Origin: Eimeria praecox
Lineage: Eukaryota
Direction of reading: 5' to 3'
Length of the DNA stretch: 64,000 nt
Assembly (NCBI GenBank): GCA_963920595.1
Contig: OY986946.1
Coordinates: 6,200,001-6,264,000 of the forward strand
Below, in pieces: positions 13,401 through 26,399 of this stretch. A model generated the notes under the pieces. It searched no databases. It was not told where the DNA came from and was given only the letters and a program-made list of their open reading frames with translations. How positions within the stretch are numbered: position 1 is the first letter of the stretch; the number at the start of each line of letters is the position of its first letter. A program made the position numbers and the translations under genes.

Positions 13401-16400
13401 GCAGCGTCGCTCGAACCAGCTTCACTCCCAAGGCAGCAGCAGCAACTCTCATGGCTACGTCCAACGTTTTCATGATGCTGGCCCTCGCAGCTGCTTCCAG
13501 AATTACCGCCAATACTTGCTTGAGCTGAAGCCGATATAGAATGTGAGGGTAAGCTTTCATGCTGATGGCAACGGGCAGCAGGCGGGATCAAAACATGACT
13601 TATGCGTGCCCTCAAGCCATTGCCGATAATCCTTGCATTGCTGTGAAGTTCTGCATCCCTGGCCTCTGAATTAGTGACCGCCAAATTCTTGCCAACGCGT
13701 GCAGCTGCTCCACAGACCCTGCCGTTGGGGCAAACGCTTCCGGGGTCCTTGATAGGAGTATTGGGCGGAAAGGCCCTTGCAGCTGCGATATGCTGGCACG
13801 ACGCCGTAGCACTTGGGATATACCTCAGCTGGCCATCCACTTCCCCCTCCCCCACAACAGATCTAAGGTCGCTAGGCACCGGAAAATTTCCCCCGGCCTC
13901 TTCCTGGTTCGGTGGAGCAGATGCTTTAGCTGGACCGCATGGATGCTTGCCTGTGCGGCTTGTCCATCTCAGACGCCTTGATTTACGCAAATCTACGTCC
14001 GTCCGGTCCTCAGAAGCATCAGCTGCACTGGCGTCCGGCTGGTGTAACGGCGTACTATTGCGCAAGCAGGTGGCTGTTGCTTGCTGCAGTAAAACGTCAA
14101 CACCTCGGACACCCGGGAAAAATCTGTCCGGAAGGGTGTCAAAGAGCTCGGTTCTGCCTTGTCCGAAAGCTTCTTGCTGTTGTCGGATCACTTCTGGTGC
14201 TCCTTGCTCCTCAACAGAGGAGGCGCTCGACATTCCGCATACCCAGAACGGCTTTCTATTGCCTTTGGTTTCACTGCCCTGAATATGTCCATACGCGCTC
14301 GCTGCCAATTCTGCGTCTTTGGAGGTACTTTGGGGACTTAAGGGATCCCGAACATCATCTGCACGCCGAGACACACTGACCGCCCCACGCAGTAGCACTG
14401 AGGCGCTCTCACAGCTTTCCTGGTCCACAGGCAGCAACAATGACGCTCCAGACAAACGCACTGATACTTCCATAGAGTTCAACTGCAAAGGTGGGGACTC
14501 TTGCCTCCTTGGGGCTGCCGCTGCACCTGTTTCTTTACAGGATCGTGCACCGCAGAGGAAAAGCCTATGCCTGCTACCAGCGGTTTTGCTCGGGAGCTGT
14601 TTGTTGCTGATCTCGCAAACGCAGTCGTTGCTGTGTTCATCAGAAGGAGCACCCTCTGCATAAGGCAGCCGCAACGTTTCGCTGCTGCGTCGGCTGCTAA
14701 GCCCTGCCGCAAAACGTTTAGCTGTGTCGAAGGAAGAGCGGCAAAGGGGTAGCTCTCTGCTGCCGAATTTAGTAATCTCTGTTTCTGCAGAGAAGATACC
14801 AGAACCTAATATCGCCTCCTGGCTAGCATCTCTGCCCACGCTGCTGCTTCCGCCACTCCCTGCTAAATCGCTGCTGCTGCCTTCCTTCGAGCTGCTGTCC
14901 CCCGTAACCTCATCTTGCGGCAAATAGGCTGCTTGATCCTGGTTAAGATCCCTCTGGTAGCTGCCACGACTGTTGGATCTGATGCACGGCCTTCGTTCCC
15001 CGCAGGAGTGGCTGGAGCGGCTGCAGGCAGCTGCTACGCAGTTTATCCATTTCGTGCCTTGCCAGCTCTCCCTATGAGTCATAACATCAAGTGCTACGCC
15101 ACTGGAAGCGTTCGTTCGTCTACACGCATCCCTATTTGCTGCTTCGTTGTGGGATAAGAAGGCGCCGATGCGAGAGAGCAGGGCCAACGTCAGCACACAC
15201 CGAGGCCCTTTAGAAGATACTGTTATGCGCTGCTGCTTCCTCCGGTGCTGGCGTTGTTCAAGCATCTGTCGAAGTATCTGTATCTTTTCATCGTGCGCCA
15301 CTTCGTGCTTCTTTGAAGCAGTAAGAGCGCACTGGTCACTCAGCGGTATGACTGGAACTGCTGAGGCTGACTTGTAAATGACCGTCAACTCTGATGGCTC
15401 GGGTGCCAGTAATTGCTCAGGAACTCCATGTTGCGCCCTTCTCTGTTCCTGCTGAGGCTGTACGCTGCGACGAAAAACAACTTCATAGTCTCTACTGCAT
15501 GATGGTATTTCGAAGGGTGAAGCTGAAACGGAGCCACCTGGTAAAGTAAATGCGCTTGACCTAAGGGAGGGGTACCGTCCGCCCTCCGCAACACCAGCAA
15601 AACCAGCTGCTACGGTTGCGCCGGAGATTAATCCATGATCGTCCGTCGATGAGCCCTGTGTCTGGTTCTGCAGCTGCAAGGGTTCAATCCAAGGAGCTGC
15701 AAAGGGAGCAACTAAGAGGTGCTCCTCCTGAAACAGTGGTTGTTGTAAGTTACCAGATAGCTGCGCGTTCAAGTGCTTCACCTGTTCCCCCACGCTTGCC
15801 CCTGAACTGGATGCTAGACCCCCTTGATCACATAATAGTTCATCCGTTTTAGCAATGGCAATGGCTGCTGCGACGGCATCGTCTTTCGCTTGGCGAACGC
15901 TTTCTGCAAGCGGTTCCAGCTCGTGCTGCAGGAGACTTAGTGGGCTCGCGCTGTCAGTGAAAACCACCGAAAAAGGAGGCGCAAGGTCTGGAGAAAATAT
16001 GGTAGAGGAGCCGACTCTCATTTCAATAAATGTCCCAACAACTGGAGCAGATGCTAGAGATGGAGTTCTCCCCTTGTCCAGCAGCTGATGCTCTTTGCCA
16101 ACCTTCACAAAGGACGTCCAAGGAGGAGCTATGGTTGCATTTGACAAGACCAAACCGACTCGCTCGGCTTGTTCTGTTTGCAGGCGGAGAGACCGGAGTT
16201 GTGCCTAAAGAAGACAAAATCATATCAAAAGACAAGCCAATGCCGCCACTCTGTTACAGGTGTCATGCATAGAACGATTAGTAGCTATGCGGTTAGCAAT
16301 CAAAGGTTAATTGAGTAGCTCTAGAAACGCTGGAGTCATCCGATCGTGTACCAGTTCCTGCTTGGATACGGAATGTAAATATCATGCATACACTGGCAGA

Positions 16401-19400
16401 CCTCACTCTTAAGCGCGATGCGTGAATAAGTAGGAATGGCGTTTGCTGCGGAATGCAAGCATCCCTCAGCCTTTTTGAGGATAGCCCCTGACGTCCACCT
16501 TCCTGCGGTGAAAACTGACTATTTGTACCATCATCTTGCCACAACCCTCGACGGCATTCCAGAGCACGGATGCAGCGCCTTAAGACACCACATTGTTTGC
16601 GCAGCAAGAGAGCCTGGTCCTTCAGCGGTTCTTCACAAACAGAAAGATGTAATCCTTCAATAACGAGTTCCAGAAGAAGGGTTTCCTGCCCCCATTCCTC
16701 GAGGAGCTCGATAAAGTCGACCTGCGGCTCCAATAGGCCTTGCAGGATCTGGTTCCCGAGTAGTTTTTGAACAAGGTCACTCAGACTCTCCTGAACGTTG
16801 CATGCTGCAGTTCCAAAAGATCCTTGTGGTGCTGGTGGGCTTATAGAAAAACGCCCATCACTTTTCGACGTTGAGGGACCTGTTCCTCGTCTTGCATGCA
16901 CGCCAGGCCGCCCTTGACTTGATCGCGCGGGACTCCTTGCTCGTGGCGGTGTCTCTGAATTCCCTACTGCAATGTCTGGGTCGTTGGCTGTAAAATTATT
17001 CTCCACGATATCGAACACAAGCCCTAGTGTCTGTACGTCAAGAGTCAGAGGTAGCAGCCCAGCCTCCACTCGCAGCCAACGGGACGAGGACCGCAGCAAA
17101 ACAGGCCGAAACATGCGAATCACCAGGTCAACACTGCCAAGTAGGTATCTTCCAGGATAACTGGGAGTAACTGCTTCTTCTGAATCTCCTGGGGTCGCAG
17201 CCGGAGGACACTTACGTAAGCCGAGCCCCGACTCCCTCCTTGAAGAACGAGCGGAACACGGAGCCCGGCGAGCGCAACGACGGCATGTACCTTTCAGGTA
17301 TGGAGCTTGGAATCCGTCTCCACAAGTCAGGCCCGCAGGTTCTACTGCCGCTTTACTGCGCACTTTGCTAAACCCCTGTGAAAAGTCGTCAATCTTGCCA
17401 AAAGCCTTTGCGCCCTTAAACGTGACATTGATACTCTCTACAATGCCATGCCCCCTGCTGAGGTTCCAGCTGTTGGATACTGTGAAGCTGTCTAAGAAGC
17501 ATACAACCTCCCGACCACTGGCTCGTGTCGAGCTCTCTAGGGTCGCTGGATAGTCTCTGCACTTGATGCAAGTAGCAGCGCCGCCGCCAGTGGCTGGGAT
17601 TGTCGCGCCCCAGCAGCCACCGCCGATTAAGTGGTCTCCATTTAAACCTCCGTCAGGAGGCCATGAAATTAATTGGCTCTTTGGCCTGCAGGCCGCCGGC
17701 AAGAACAAGCAAGGAGACGTAATTTGAACTTCGTAGTGAATAACACTGAAAGGAAGCTCTTCGGGCAATAGAAGACGGTGGAGCTTGCTGTCGCCGCCGG
17801 TGCTGCCACCCGGACCCTGTTGTCGCTCTTGAAACAGCGGTGAAAGGCCTAGGATTGAGCGTCCTGCATCAGCGAGCAAGAAAATCCGCCGGAGCCCCTC
17901 GTTGGGAACTAAGAAGAGCTGCTTTTCAGCGAATCTGCTGCCCATGCCATCAGCCATGAATTTCCGCTCATTGCCCTCTGCAGTACAGGGAAAAGCAGGC
18001 ATTTCTCCTGCCGCAGTTGACTGTAGTACGGTGCGGACAGCTAGATCTTCAAGCGACGGTGAACGCTCAATGCGCTTCGGTGGAGCCTCCTGGGAGGCAG
18101 GCCCGTTTCCTAGTTTCGCTTCTTGTGGAGGTGAGACAGCAGACGACTGAGAAGAAGTCAAGGTGCCGATAAAGTCATCGATAATCCAGTCAAACAGTCG
18201 CCAAAACTTGGGATGTACGTAAACAACGCGGCATGCACCCACATCTACCTTCAAATTGGAGCTGATTCCAGAAAACTGTGGTGACAGGGGGTGGACTGAC
18301 TCTAGTGAAAGGCTTAAGACGTAGCTTCTTCCAGGAAGCCGCCCGATAATCTCTGTGCTTTGCAGCAACTCTCTCTTTGTGAAACGATTCTGCATATGGG
18401 CTCTGTAGGCGCAGCTTTGATGAGGCACGTCCCACGGTACCTGTGTGCTTTGGAATTGACGTAGGTGTCCCCATCTGCAGCCTGAACTAGGTGTGGAAGC
18501 TCCCGCTGATCCAACACTGGGAACCACAAAATGTAACGTCAAATCTTTTACACTGCCAGTAATCTTAGTCGAATAACGGCACAGATAGAGCCTAACGGAG
18601 GCCGCTGACACAGACGCCGTTGCGAGAGGTCTGTCACTGCCTCGGGTACTCCAGAGAAAATCCACTGCTTGAAACCCTACAAAGACCTCGCGCAAAACCG
18701 GGTCGTCATTAGCCCTCAACACCGATGGCTCTGCGGTTGCTTCTCGTACATGTTGAGCACTAGATGCATCGGCTTCGTGCGGAAAAACCGTCCTCTTACG
18801 CGTTGTCAAAGTGGCCTCCGCTTCAGCTTCGAACTCCTGCACACGCCCAATGCTCTTGTCGCGTTGGCTGCGGCCTTCGTAAGGATTGCTGCTGCTTTTA
18901 CAGTCCGAGCTGGATTCTCTCTTGCTACAGGTGTCATTCCTGCCCCCAATACGAACGGAGCTCCCAAACGGAGCTTTTAAGAAGTTCACAACCCAAGTTA
19001 GTGGAGTTGGGCGAAAGTTGAGGGTCATCCGCCGCAGAACATGCACAGTCGCAGTGGTGGAAGAACAGTCCACTGCCGATGTTCCGCTGGATGCGCTAGT
19101 GAAGGCCAGTTGTATGCTGGGCCCTCCAGGAAACTCTGCTGCAACACCTTCAGTAGTTGAAGAAAGATCTAAAGGGGGAATACGCACGATGTACCTGTTG
19201 ATGCTCTCCGCTGGGAGAGAAGGCTGTTCCAGAAGCAGCTGTTTCAACTCCAGCCGGTAAGTAGTCCTGCAGTCTTTGCTGTTGAAGTGTGCAGACACGC
19301 CCGTCGCCTGCATCTGCACAGAATCTTCCGCATTGGCTGGCTTTTCTACTCCTCTGCAGAAAGATTTGTTTCTCTTATCCATTTCTTCCTGCCCGTCTGT

Positions 19401-22400
19401 GCTTTCCTCTAGGTGGTGCAAGTAAATGCTCAGCTTCTCCCACTCAACAGATGCATCAATGCAGATTGGAATACTGCTGCATATTTCATCCTCCCCACGT
19501 GCCTTGCGGCCGTTGCAAACTTCGTTCGGGATGCTGGCCCGTTCTGCAAACGTTGTAGGGCCTCTGACAGCGCTGCCAAAGCTCTGGAATCCCGAGGTGA
19601 GGCCAGTGAGTTCCTTGCCTCGCAGGGCAGTCTTGAGAGACTTGAAAGCGCTGAGGACACTCAAAACGATGAAGAGGAACCCAGCCAAAGAGCGGACTGT
19701 CCAGAGTGCTCTCTTCTGCGAAGTGACTACCAAGATGCAGCACTACTGTTGTAGCATAGAAATCTGCAGTGCAAAAGAACCAGCATCTCTCTCACCTCAG
19801 CATGGCAGCGCAGCTATGCCGACTTAAAGACGCCCTGACCTCGTTGCATTTCCCATTCACGGAAATCTGTACTTCACAGAGCCGCTGATCATGCACGCCA
19901 TGTGCGTTTTGTTGCTGCTGCTCCTGGGGTTGACGCTGTTGCTGCTGCGGTATGCTTCCTACTTCTTGCTGGCCTGAGGTCTGCTGTGCTCCTTCGCCTC
20001 CACTTGTCCGGCAATGATGGAGGTCAACGGCAGTTGCCCGAAACTCGCGGTGTGCAGGGCGCGTCGGCTGCGTCTTCTCTAGGCAAGAAGGCACTTTGAG
20101 GGGCATCATAACAACTTCCAGAGGCAGCATGTCAACATGTGCCACCTCAACAACAGCTACGACCTCTGAGGGGAAAATGATAGGCTTGGCGGCATCGCCG
20201 ATGTCCCAGCTGGTAGGAAGTCGTGCGGTGCCTAGGGCACTGTGGATTTTGTTCCCTTCACCCAGCGTTCCCACGCCGCCCGAGCTGGCGTTGCATGTCC
20301 GTTCCTTCTGCTGAGGCACACGCCTCATGCGGCGTCTGTCCGCCGCATTCCCACCACGATAACAGGAGCCGCTGCTGCCCATGGGTTCCCGGCAACCACT
20401 AGAATGCGGCAGCGTTAGCTCCCTTTTAAGCTGTTCAAGGTCACTGTGAAGCAGTACGCCGGAGTCTCTCAGCAGCAAGCCATGGTGAGTGCGAAGGCTG
20501 ACATGCCGCAACGGACGAGTGCGCGCTGCAGCACCATGGGCTCCAGCACAGACGCCTCCTGCCACTTCAGGTGAAGGTTCAGGCGACTGTTGTGCCTTTA
20601 AAATGTGGGAGTACTTCTGCTGGAAGATTGTGTCAGCAAATATGAAGCCTGGCGATGCATTTGCTTCTGCCTCCTTGGTACAGAACAGCCGTGCTTGCTC
20701 CAGATGCCCACTGCAAACCTGTGTCGCACGCACGGGTGTCACAGCAAGCCATAGACACTTGTAGAAACCAGCTCCTAAGGCATACACCAGTAGGGCAAGA
20801 TGCAACAGGGACCCGAACAACAGAAGCCCTAGCCCTAGCAAGCCAGAATGGATGTAAGAAGGCAGCTCATCCATATGAAAAGTGCAAAACGCCGTCAGTG
20901 TCTTTGCTAATCACATGAAAGCAAAGCGGCTGCCTGGTAAAATGGTGAGCACTGCCAATGCCAGGTGAGTCAAGAGTATGGAGTTAACAGGCAATTTTGA
21001 AAGGGAAGGGAACAAGAAATATATGCTGCTTACTCGCAGTTCGCCCAGATGGCAAAGAATCGCCCGCCCTTCTGATGCCGGGACAATAACCGTTGGAGCC
21101 TCCACAGATACAGCATAGCGCAAGGACGCCCCATCACGGAGCTGCTGCTGGCGGCTAGGAGAGAGGCGCAGTAACCTCCGATGCAAAGCCGTACTGCCTG
21201 CCCTCATTTCAGTCCCAATGCGGCCTGCATGAACGTCAGCGCTGCGCTTACAACCTGGCCCAGTACAACCGGTCAGGCGCAGCAGGCTACATTGCTGCGA
21301 GGCCTCAATCACAACTAGTTCTCCAGCAGTCGCGGCACTACTGAATTCTTTTTTAAGGACGGTGGCCTCCTGCAACACATGCGGCTCGAGAATGCAAACT
21401 ACTCGACGCACCGTTAGCGATAAAAGAGTACAGGGTTTTTCGGCGCCGATACCGGCTCTAACGTCCCTGACACCGGTAGCAGCTTCCGGCTCCTGGCTAG
21501 ACCCTTTGCTGTCATCCACCAAAGGCGCAAAAGGCGCACTGAATGGGCGCTGCGAAGCGTGCAAGCAAAGGAGTGGCGCATCCTTGGTTTTAGGGTCCAT
21601 AAAAACCAATCGCTGTTCTGGATGAGGGCCCCGCTTGTTGAAACTGATGCCCAACCGGTCTACAGAGAATCTGCCCTCAAACATCTCTGCGCCAACAGTG
21701 TAACTCAGACGAACAACCCCTACACAGCACAAAATAATGTTGTCCACTGCCTGTTTCCGCCCCTGTTTATGTTTCCGAAAAGAGCCTCGCTGTTCCTGCT
21801 GGGAGACAGCCTGTGAAGCCTTCAACCCATCCACACAGTAGGCTACAGAAGCGGACCGCAGAAACACAGAAACGGATATTGTGTGCGCGGCGTGCTTTGA
21901 AGTGACGGGGGCCATCACTAGGTCTTGAAGCGCATTTGGTGAACTTCGGGAAATCGTTGAAGCTGCTCCAGGTGAACCACCGCCATGAGACGCCGGTGTT
22001 ATGGAACGGGGGGTTTGAAGATCCAAACAGTCATAAAATACGTCGTCCCCTTCAGGAAAATCTTCCCCGTTTTCTAAAGTGTATGACTTGTTGCCGTGCG
22101 TTGCTTCTGGAGCCAGCGCAGCAGGTGGGACTGATACTGTTCCACTGTCCTCCTGCGACGTTGCCTCACCAGTACCTCGCAAAGCAGCCACTTCCGAAGA
22201 CGCAGGAAGGGGCTCTTCTGATGCCTTGTCATTATGCGCTTGCATCCGTTGTTGAGTTTCCTTCGAACTCGCAGGCATCAGCGAAGGCGCAGGGCTTTCC
22301 CTAGGCCCTACACGGAGCTTCAAGCTGCTGCTATTAAGGCGTGCTGTGGACGGCTGAAGAGACAGGCGCATCAGCGACAGCAGCAGTATCAAGAACATTC

Positions 22401-25377
22401 AGCACTAACAATATCTAAATGCCGCTTTTGATCCCGTGAACAAGGACATGGTGAACGGTACATTATACCTGAGAGCAGGCATCGAAGAAGTCATCGCTGG
22501 CATTAAAACACGTGTCCCCTCCTGGATATGCTTCCTCCTGTTCACACTGCTCCCGCAGCTCCTGCTCTCCATTCTGCAGTATCTGCTGCGCCGAGTCCTG
22601 GTGCACTGGACGCTCCGTCCTGTGCTGAGCTAAGAGACCCTGCAACGACAGCGGAGGTAGAGCGGGTCGTGACAAACGACTTCCTGCTTCAGCACCAGCT
22701 GCTGCATCGAATTTCATAGTTTCTGGTGTTTTGGCTGCCGTCGCAAATCCCTGCTGAGGCGGACTCCTTTTCCATAGAGGGAACCACCGCGCCCAGGTCT
22801 TGGCAGTTTCCACCCCGCTTGTCTTTGCTTGCTGGTCTAAGAAGTCTTGCCCTGAAGCTGCATGAGACTGAAGCAACTGCGGCAACGGGATTGAGTCTCT
22901 AAGGTGAAGAAGTTGATCATGTTGTTGCTGCGTCAGCTTGCCTTGCAGTTGCAGCAGTCGCAGGCGACGGTACGTCGCGGCTTTCTCAATGCAGAGACGC
23001 ACTTTAAGAACCTCCTCTACAGTCATTCCATCCCCAGAGGCATCAAACTGTGTGCCCGTGGCACTGTTAATGCCGTTCTTAGTTACCTTACGGTGTCTGC
23101 GGCGTTGCAGGCGGCAGATGGCGCGAATGGCGAAACGCCACCAAATTCTCGGGTTCCCTCGAACTGAAACGCACGCGCAGGGCACAAGGAAGAGGACACG
23201 GAGTTCGATATGAAGAGCCTAAAGGGCGCATTACAGGCTTACAGTTGGCATTACGCTGGATACGTGTTATGTATTAAAAGCCTCTCCCATCCACACAAAA
23301 TCCCTGCCCTCGCTAACTCCTATTTTTTTCTATGCAGTAACACACCTGTGCAAGAGGGTACAAAAGGTCTGACGAGGCTAAGAATGCCCTCAGCCGCGTC
23401 TACGGCTTTGCGATGCACCTCAATATTCGCTGCCAGCCATCTGAGGCCCCCTATGGCGTCTGGGCTAATAGTCACTTCGAGGCAGTCGGACTCAACTGAA
23501 GCAACATAAGCAGGGCCTGCAGATGGCATTGCTTCATGAACATATACGACGGCGGAGGCGCTTTGACTCCTGCTACCACCTTGTTGCAAAGCCACGCTTG
23601 AGCTTCTTCTGTCCCCATTGCCCTTGGGATGCGCGATCATAGCGTTTTTCCTAAGAAATCCATGCATGCTTACGGGAGCCAGAAGACTCCTGCTGCACCT
23701 GGAGGTTGTGGTGCTCGAGTGTTGCTGTTTACTGCCTACCGTTGCAGGCACGTGACAATTCGGCTGGACAGCATTATAGCCAGGTTGTAGCCAGTCTTCC
23801 TCTGCCTGTTGTGACCTCTGATGGCGCTCTCGCTGCTGCTGCTCCGCATGCACCGCGCATAGTCTCTCTATGTTCTCCGTCACTGTGCGGGTATGAGGTG
23901 AAAGTAGCAGCAGCTCGTTTTGGGTGTACATAGAACAGCCCTTAATGCCAAATTCACTGCAGACGCTGCCTTGGCTGTTGCAGCTGCAGTTCCCACTGAT
24001 GCTGCTGCTCAGTAATGGCTCAGCAGTAGCCTCGGTAGTCTGAAGAGGCGATGCCGCTGCAGTTTCTTTGTCTTTTGGTTGCTGCTGAACTTCATGTGCT
24101 GCGCAGCTGCATGAGCCTTTAGATTCCTCGACTGGAAGGGTGCGCATGCGCAGCTCTTCAAGGTGCATCCCAAACGCGAAAGGCCCACTCGGAGTGCTGC
24201 TGCTGCTATTGCAGGGAGGCACAAGAAACTCCACGCGGAGGTGCACATTGGTAAGATCAAAAGTGGCCCAATGGATGTTACGATCAATCCAATTTGATAT
24301 TAAGTTGGATACGTACGGGAAAAAGTCACCCCGCCTATGCGGTTGTTGTTGCTGTAGCTCGCTGTCCAAGCTATAAAGCAGCGACCGCCGCCTCTGCAGC
24401 GCCAGCTCCAGCAGCTGTTGCCTTGACCATTCCTTTGGACTTGCCGGTGTCAATACCACAATCACATCCTTAACCGAAAGCACAAGGGAAGGAAATTCCT
24501 CCATACCCACAGCCTTCGCCCTTCCATCTGCAGCAGCTGCTGTCTTTGAGGGAGATGGGGCACCCCCTTCAAGTACCTTATCTTCAGATATCTTTGCGTC
24601 CACAGTGGATGCAGCCACGGTCCCACAAGGTGCACTTGCCAAGGCACCAGCCTTCCCTTGCCTCCCCATCTGCAGCTGTACCTCCCCTATGCTGCAGTGA
24701 AGCAAGTGCAGAGGGGCTCCCGTAAGGGCTGTAAGCTCCTGTGGCTGCAGCGACACTCCGCTCAACGTCAGCTGCTTCTTTGATATGCTTACTTCAACGT
24801 CTGTTGCTGAGGCACCCTTAAGTGCAGAGGGTAACACCCACGGCAGAAGTTGCCTTAGGACGGCAGATAGCAAGGCAGACAGTACAGATGAGGCGCGGCC
24901 GCCTTCCTCATCCATTTTCGGAAGAGCTTCCTGCTCCTGCTCTGCCGTAGCAACAGCAGCAGCTGCGATAACTGCGGAGACAGCAGCTTCGACTGAGTGC
25001 TTCTGCTCCTGCTCCTGAACATGAACTCGATCACACACGTGGGTGCTTTCTGCCATCGTTTCTGAATGCTGGATTCCTCGTGCTTTTGCAGCCTGCGTTT
25101 TTATACTGTCTGCGTTTGCTTCCAATGGAGTGGACAAGGCGCCTGTAACCACCGGCAAGCTCCTCAGTCCTGCAACCGTGTTTGCCTTCGAGTAGTCACC
25201 CTTTCCTTTTCCCGCTCCCCCTGCTGCTTGTAGAAGGTCTAAAGCTTTGGCATCCACCGTTGTGACGCCATCACGCGCAGAAGATTCTGTGGGAACGGCA
25301 CCTGCTGCAGCACCCTCATCTGGGCAATCTGACGTCCCCTCCTCTCTTCCCATCGGTGAGTGGCCTGTTTCATGCAT
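1471..25377 (-). CDS. VPS13: VPS13-family (bridge-like lipid transfer) protein, large multi-exon gene
   Basis: Collinear long minus-strand ORFs (23320-25446, 22463-23185, 20911-22398, 19792-20874, 16293-19733, 9821-16153, 5601-7748, 3540-4394 and smaller ones), several bounded by GT/AG. N-terminal Chorein-like segment (LSAVLRQLLPWV...LTLSGVSLQPQEL...LHCSIGEVQL; FDLTNVHLRVE; PRIWWRFAIRAI). VAB/SHR-BD-like repeats (VAFEPVVES; YHVVNQTGLHL; GVKQLLVQSQVVLRSTCSVPLQI; YTVTNYCPFPI). C-terminal ATG2/VPS13-C helices (VDLLGEP; GLVEEPVRGAAEGGFEGLLRGAGRGIAGFLVKPLTGVLDLAHKTAEAIK). An exon at ~2073-2216 reads RPRFRLPRLLLGDFRLLAAYDAEAAEAKAIL. Start taken as the first in-frame ATG (25377) and stop from ORF 1471-1860; the exact exon set is not fully resolved. 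Confidence 0.85.
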
Positions 25378-26399
25378 TTCCAGTATATTCGAATGAAGAA
25401 GGCCGTCACACAGTACGCAGGCCCCTCGTTGCACTTCACGCAGCACCGCCCGACAAGGACCGCCGCAGAGAATGGGAATCCTCGATGTTCATGCTTTAAA
25501 TGTCTTCACAAACAACCAATGCTTCACCCTACACGTTTGGCTCCTTCACATTCGTGGGGATGCTGCTCCGCGTTGCTGCAAGACTAGCAACAACACTAGA
25601 CGCAGCAGATAAGAACCCTCCGCATCCGATGGCGCTCCAGGAGATCTCGGACGCGTCTGACCCTAAAGGAGAAGCAACAGGCTGGCAAAGCCGTAGAAGC
25701 AATACACCTTGCCGGCCCAATCAGCACACCATCCCGGCATGGTTCCCCTGTGTTTATGCGCGCTAGCTCGGTGGATGTAGCGAGGGACAGAGCAACAAGT
25801 CTCTCTTTTGCTCGTTATTACTTGCAGACCCATCTACATGTATGCGAATGATTATTGAGAAAAGCCCGAGGACGGCATCTGTAAGTAGGAAACCGGCTCC
25901 GCCGACCACAGTCCTATGCTACAGAATCGACATGACATGCGCAGGCAGATAAGCAGTTACTAGTCCCTTCTCCTGAATAGCGGTGAGCTCGCAAGCAACT
26001 TCTCAAAACAAAATTGTGTAAGCATAGCCGTATGCCCGTGTGGACTCTGTTAGAAGTAGGGGTACCCCCCAGCTGTGCACAGTGCTTGCTCTCGCTGCTG
26101 CTGCCAGGGCACGTGAGGCTGTTCACTGCTCCGTGGACATGAAAAATTTATATTCGGAAGAGAAACCTAAATCAAAAGAACTGAGAAAAATGTAGGATTC
26201 AGTCTACTCCATTGTGCACCCACCCGAAGGCTCGCTTAATTCCTCGAGGAATGCATCATAACCAGACCTGTCGAGAGAACCGGCGCTTCTGTGGCCCACT
26301 TTGGCCGGAAACGAACTGAGTCGTTTGCAAGCCTTTGTCCATGTACAAAGATCTTCTCAAAACAAAGGTTCTTTTACACACACCTGTTGGCCTTCAGGG

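Noticed and set aside
1672..25587. Numerous plus-strand and alternate-frame ORFs over VPS13
   Set aside because: Antisense or out-of-frame shadows of long GC-rich exons.
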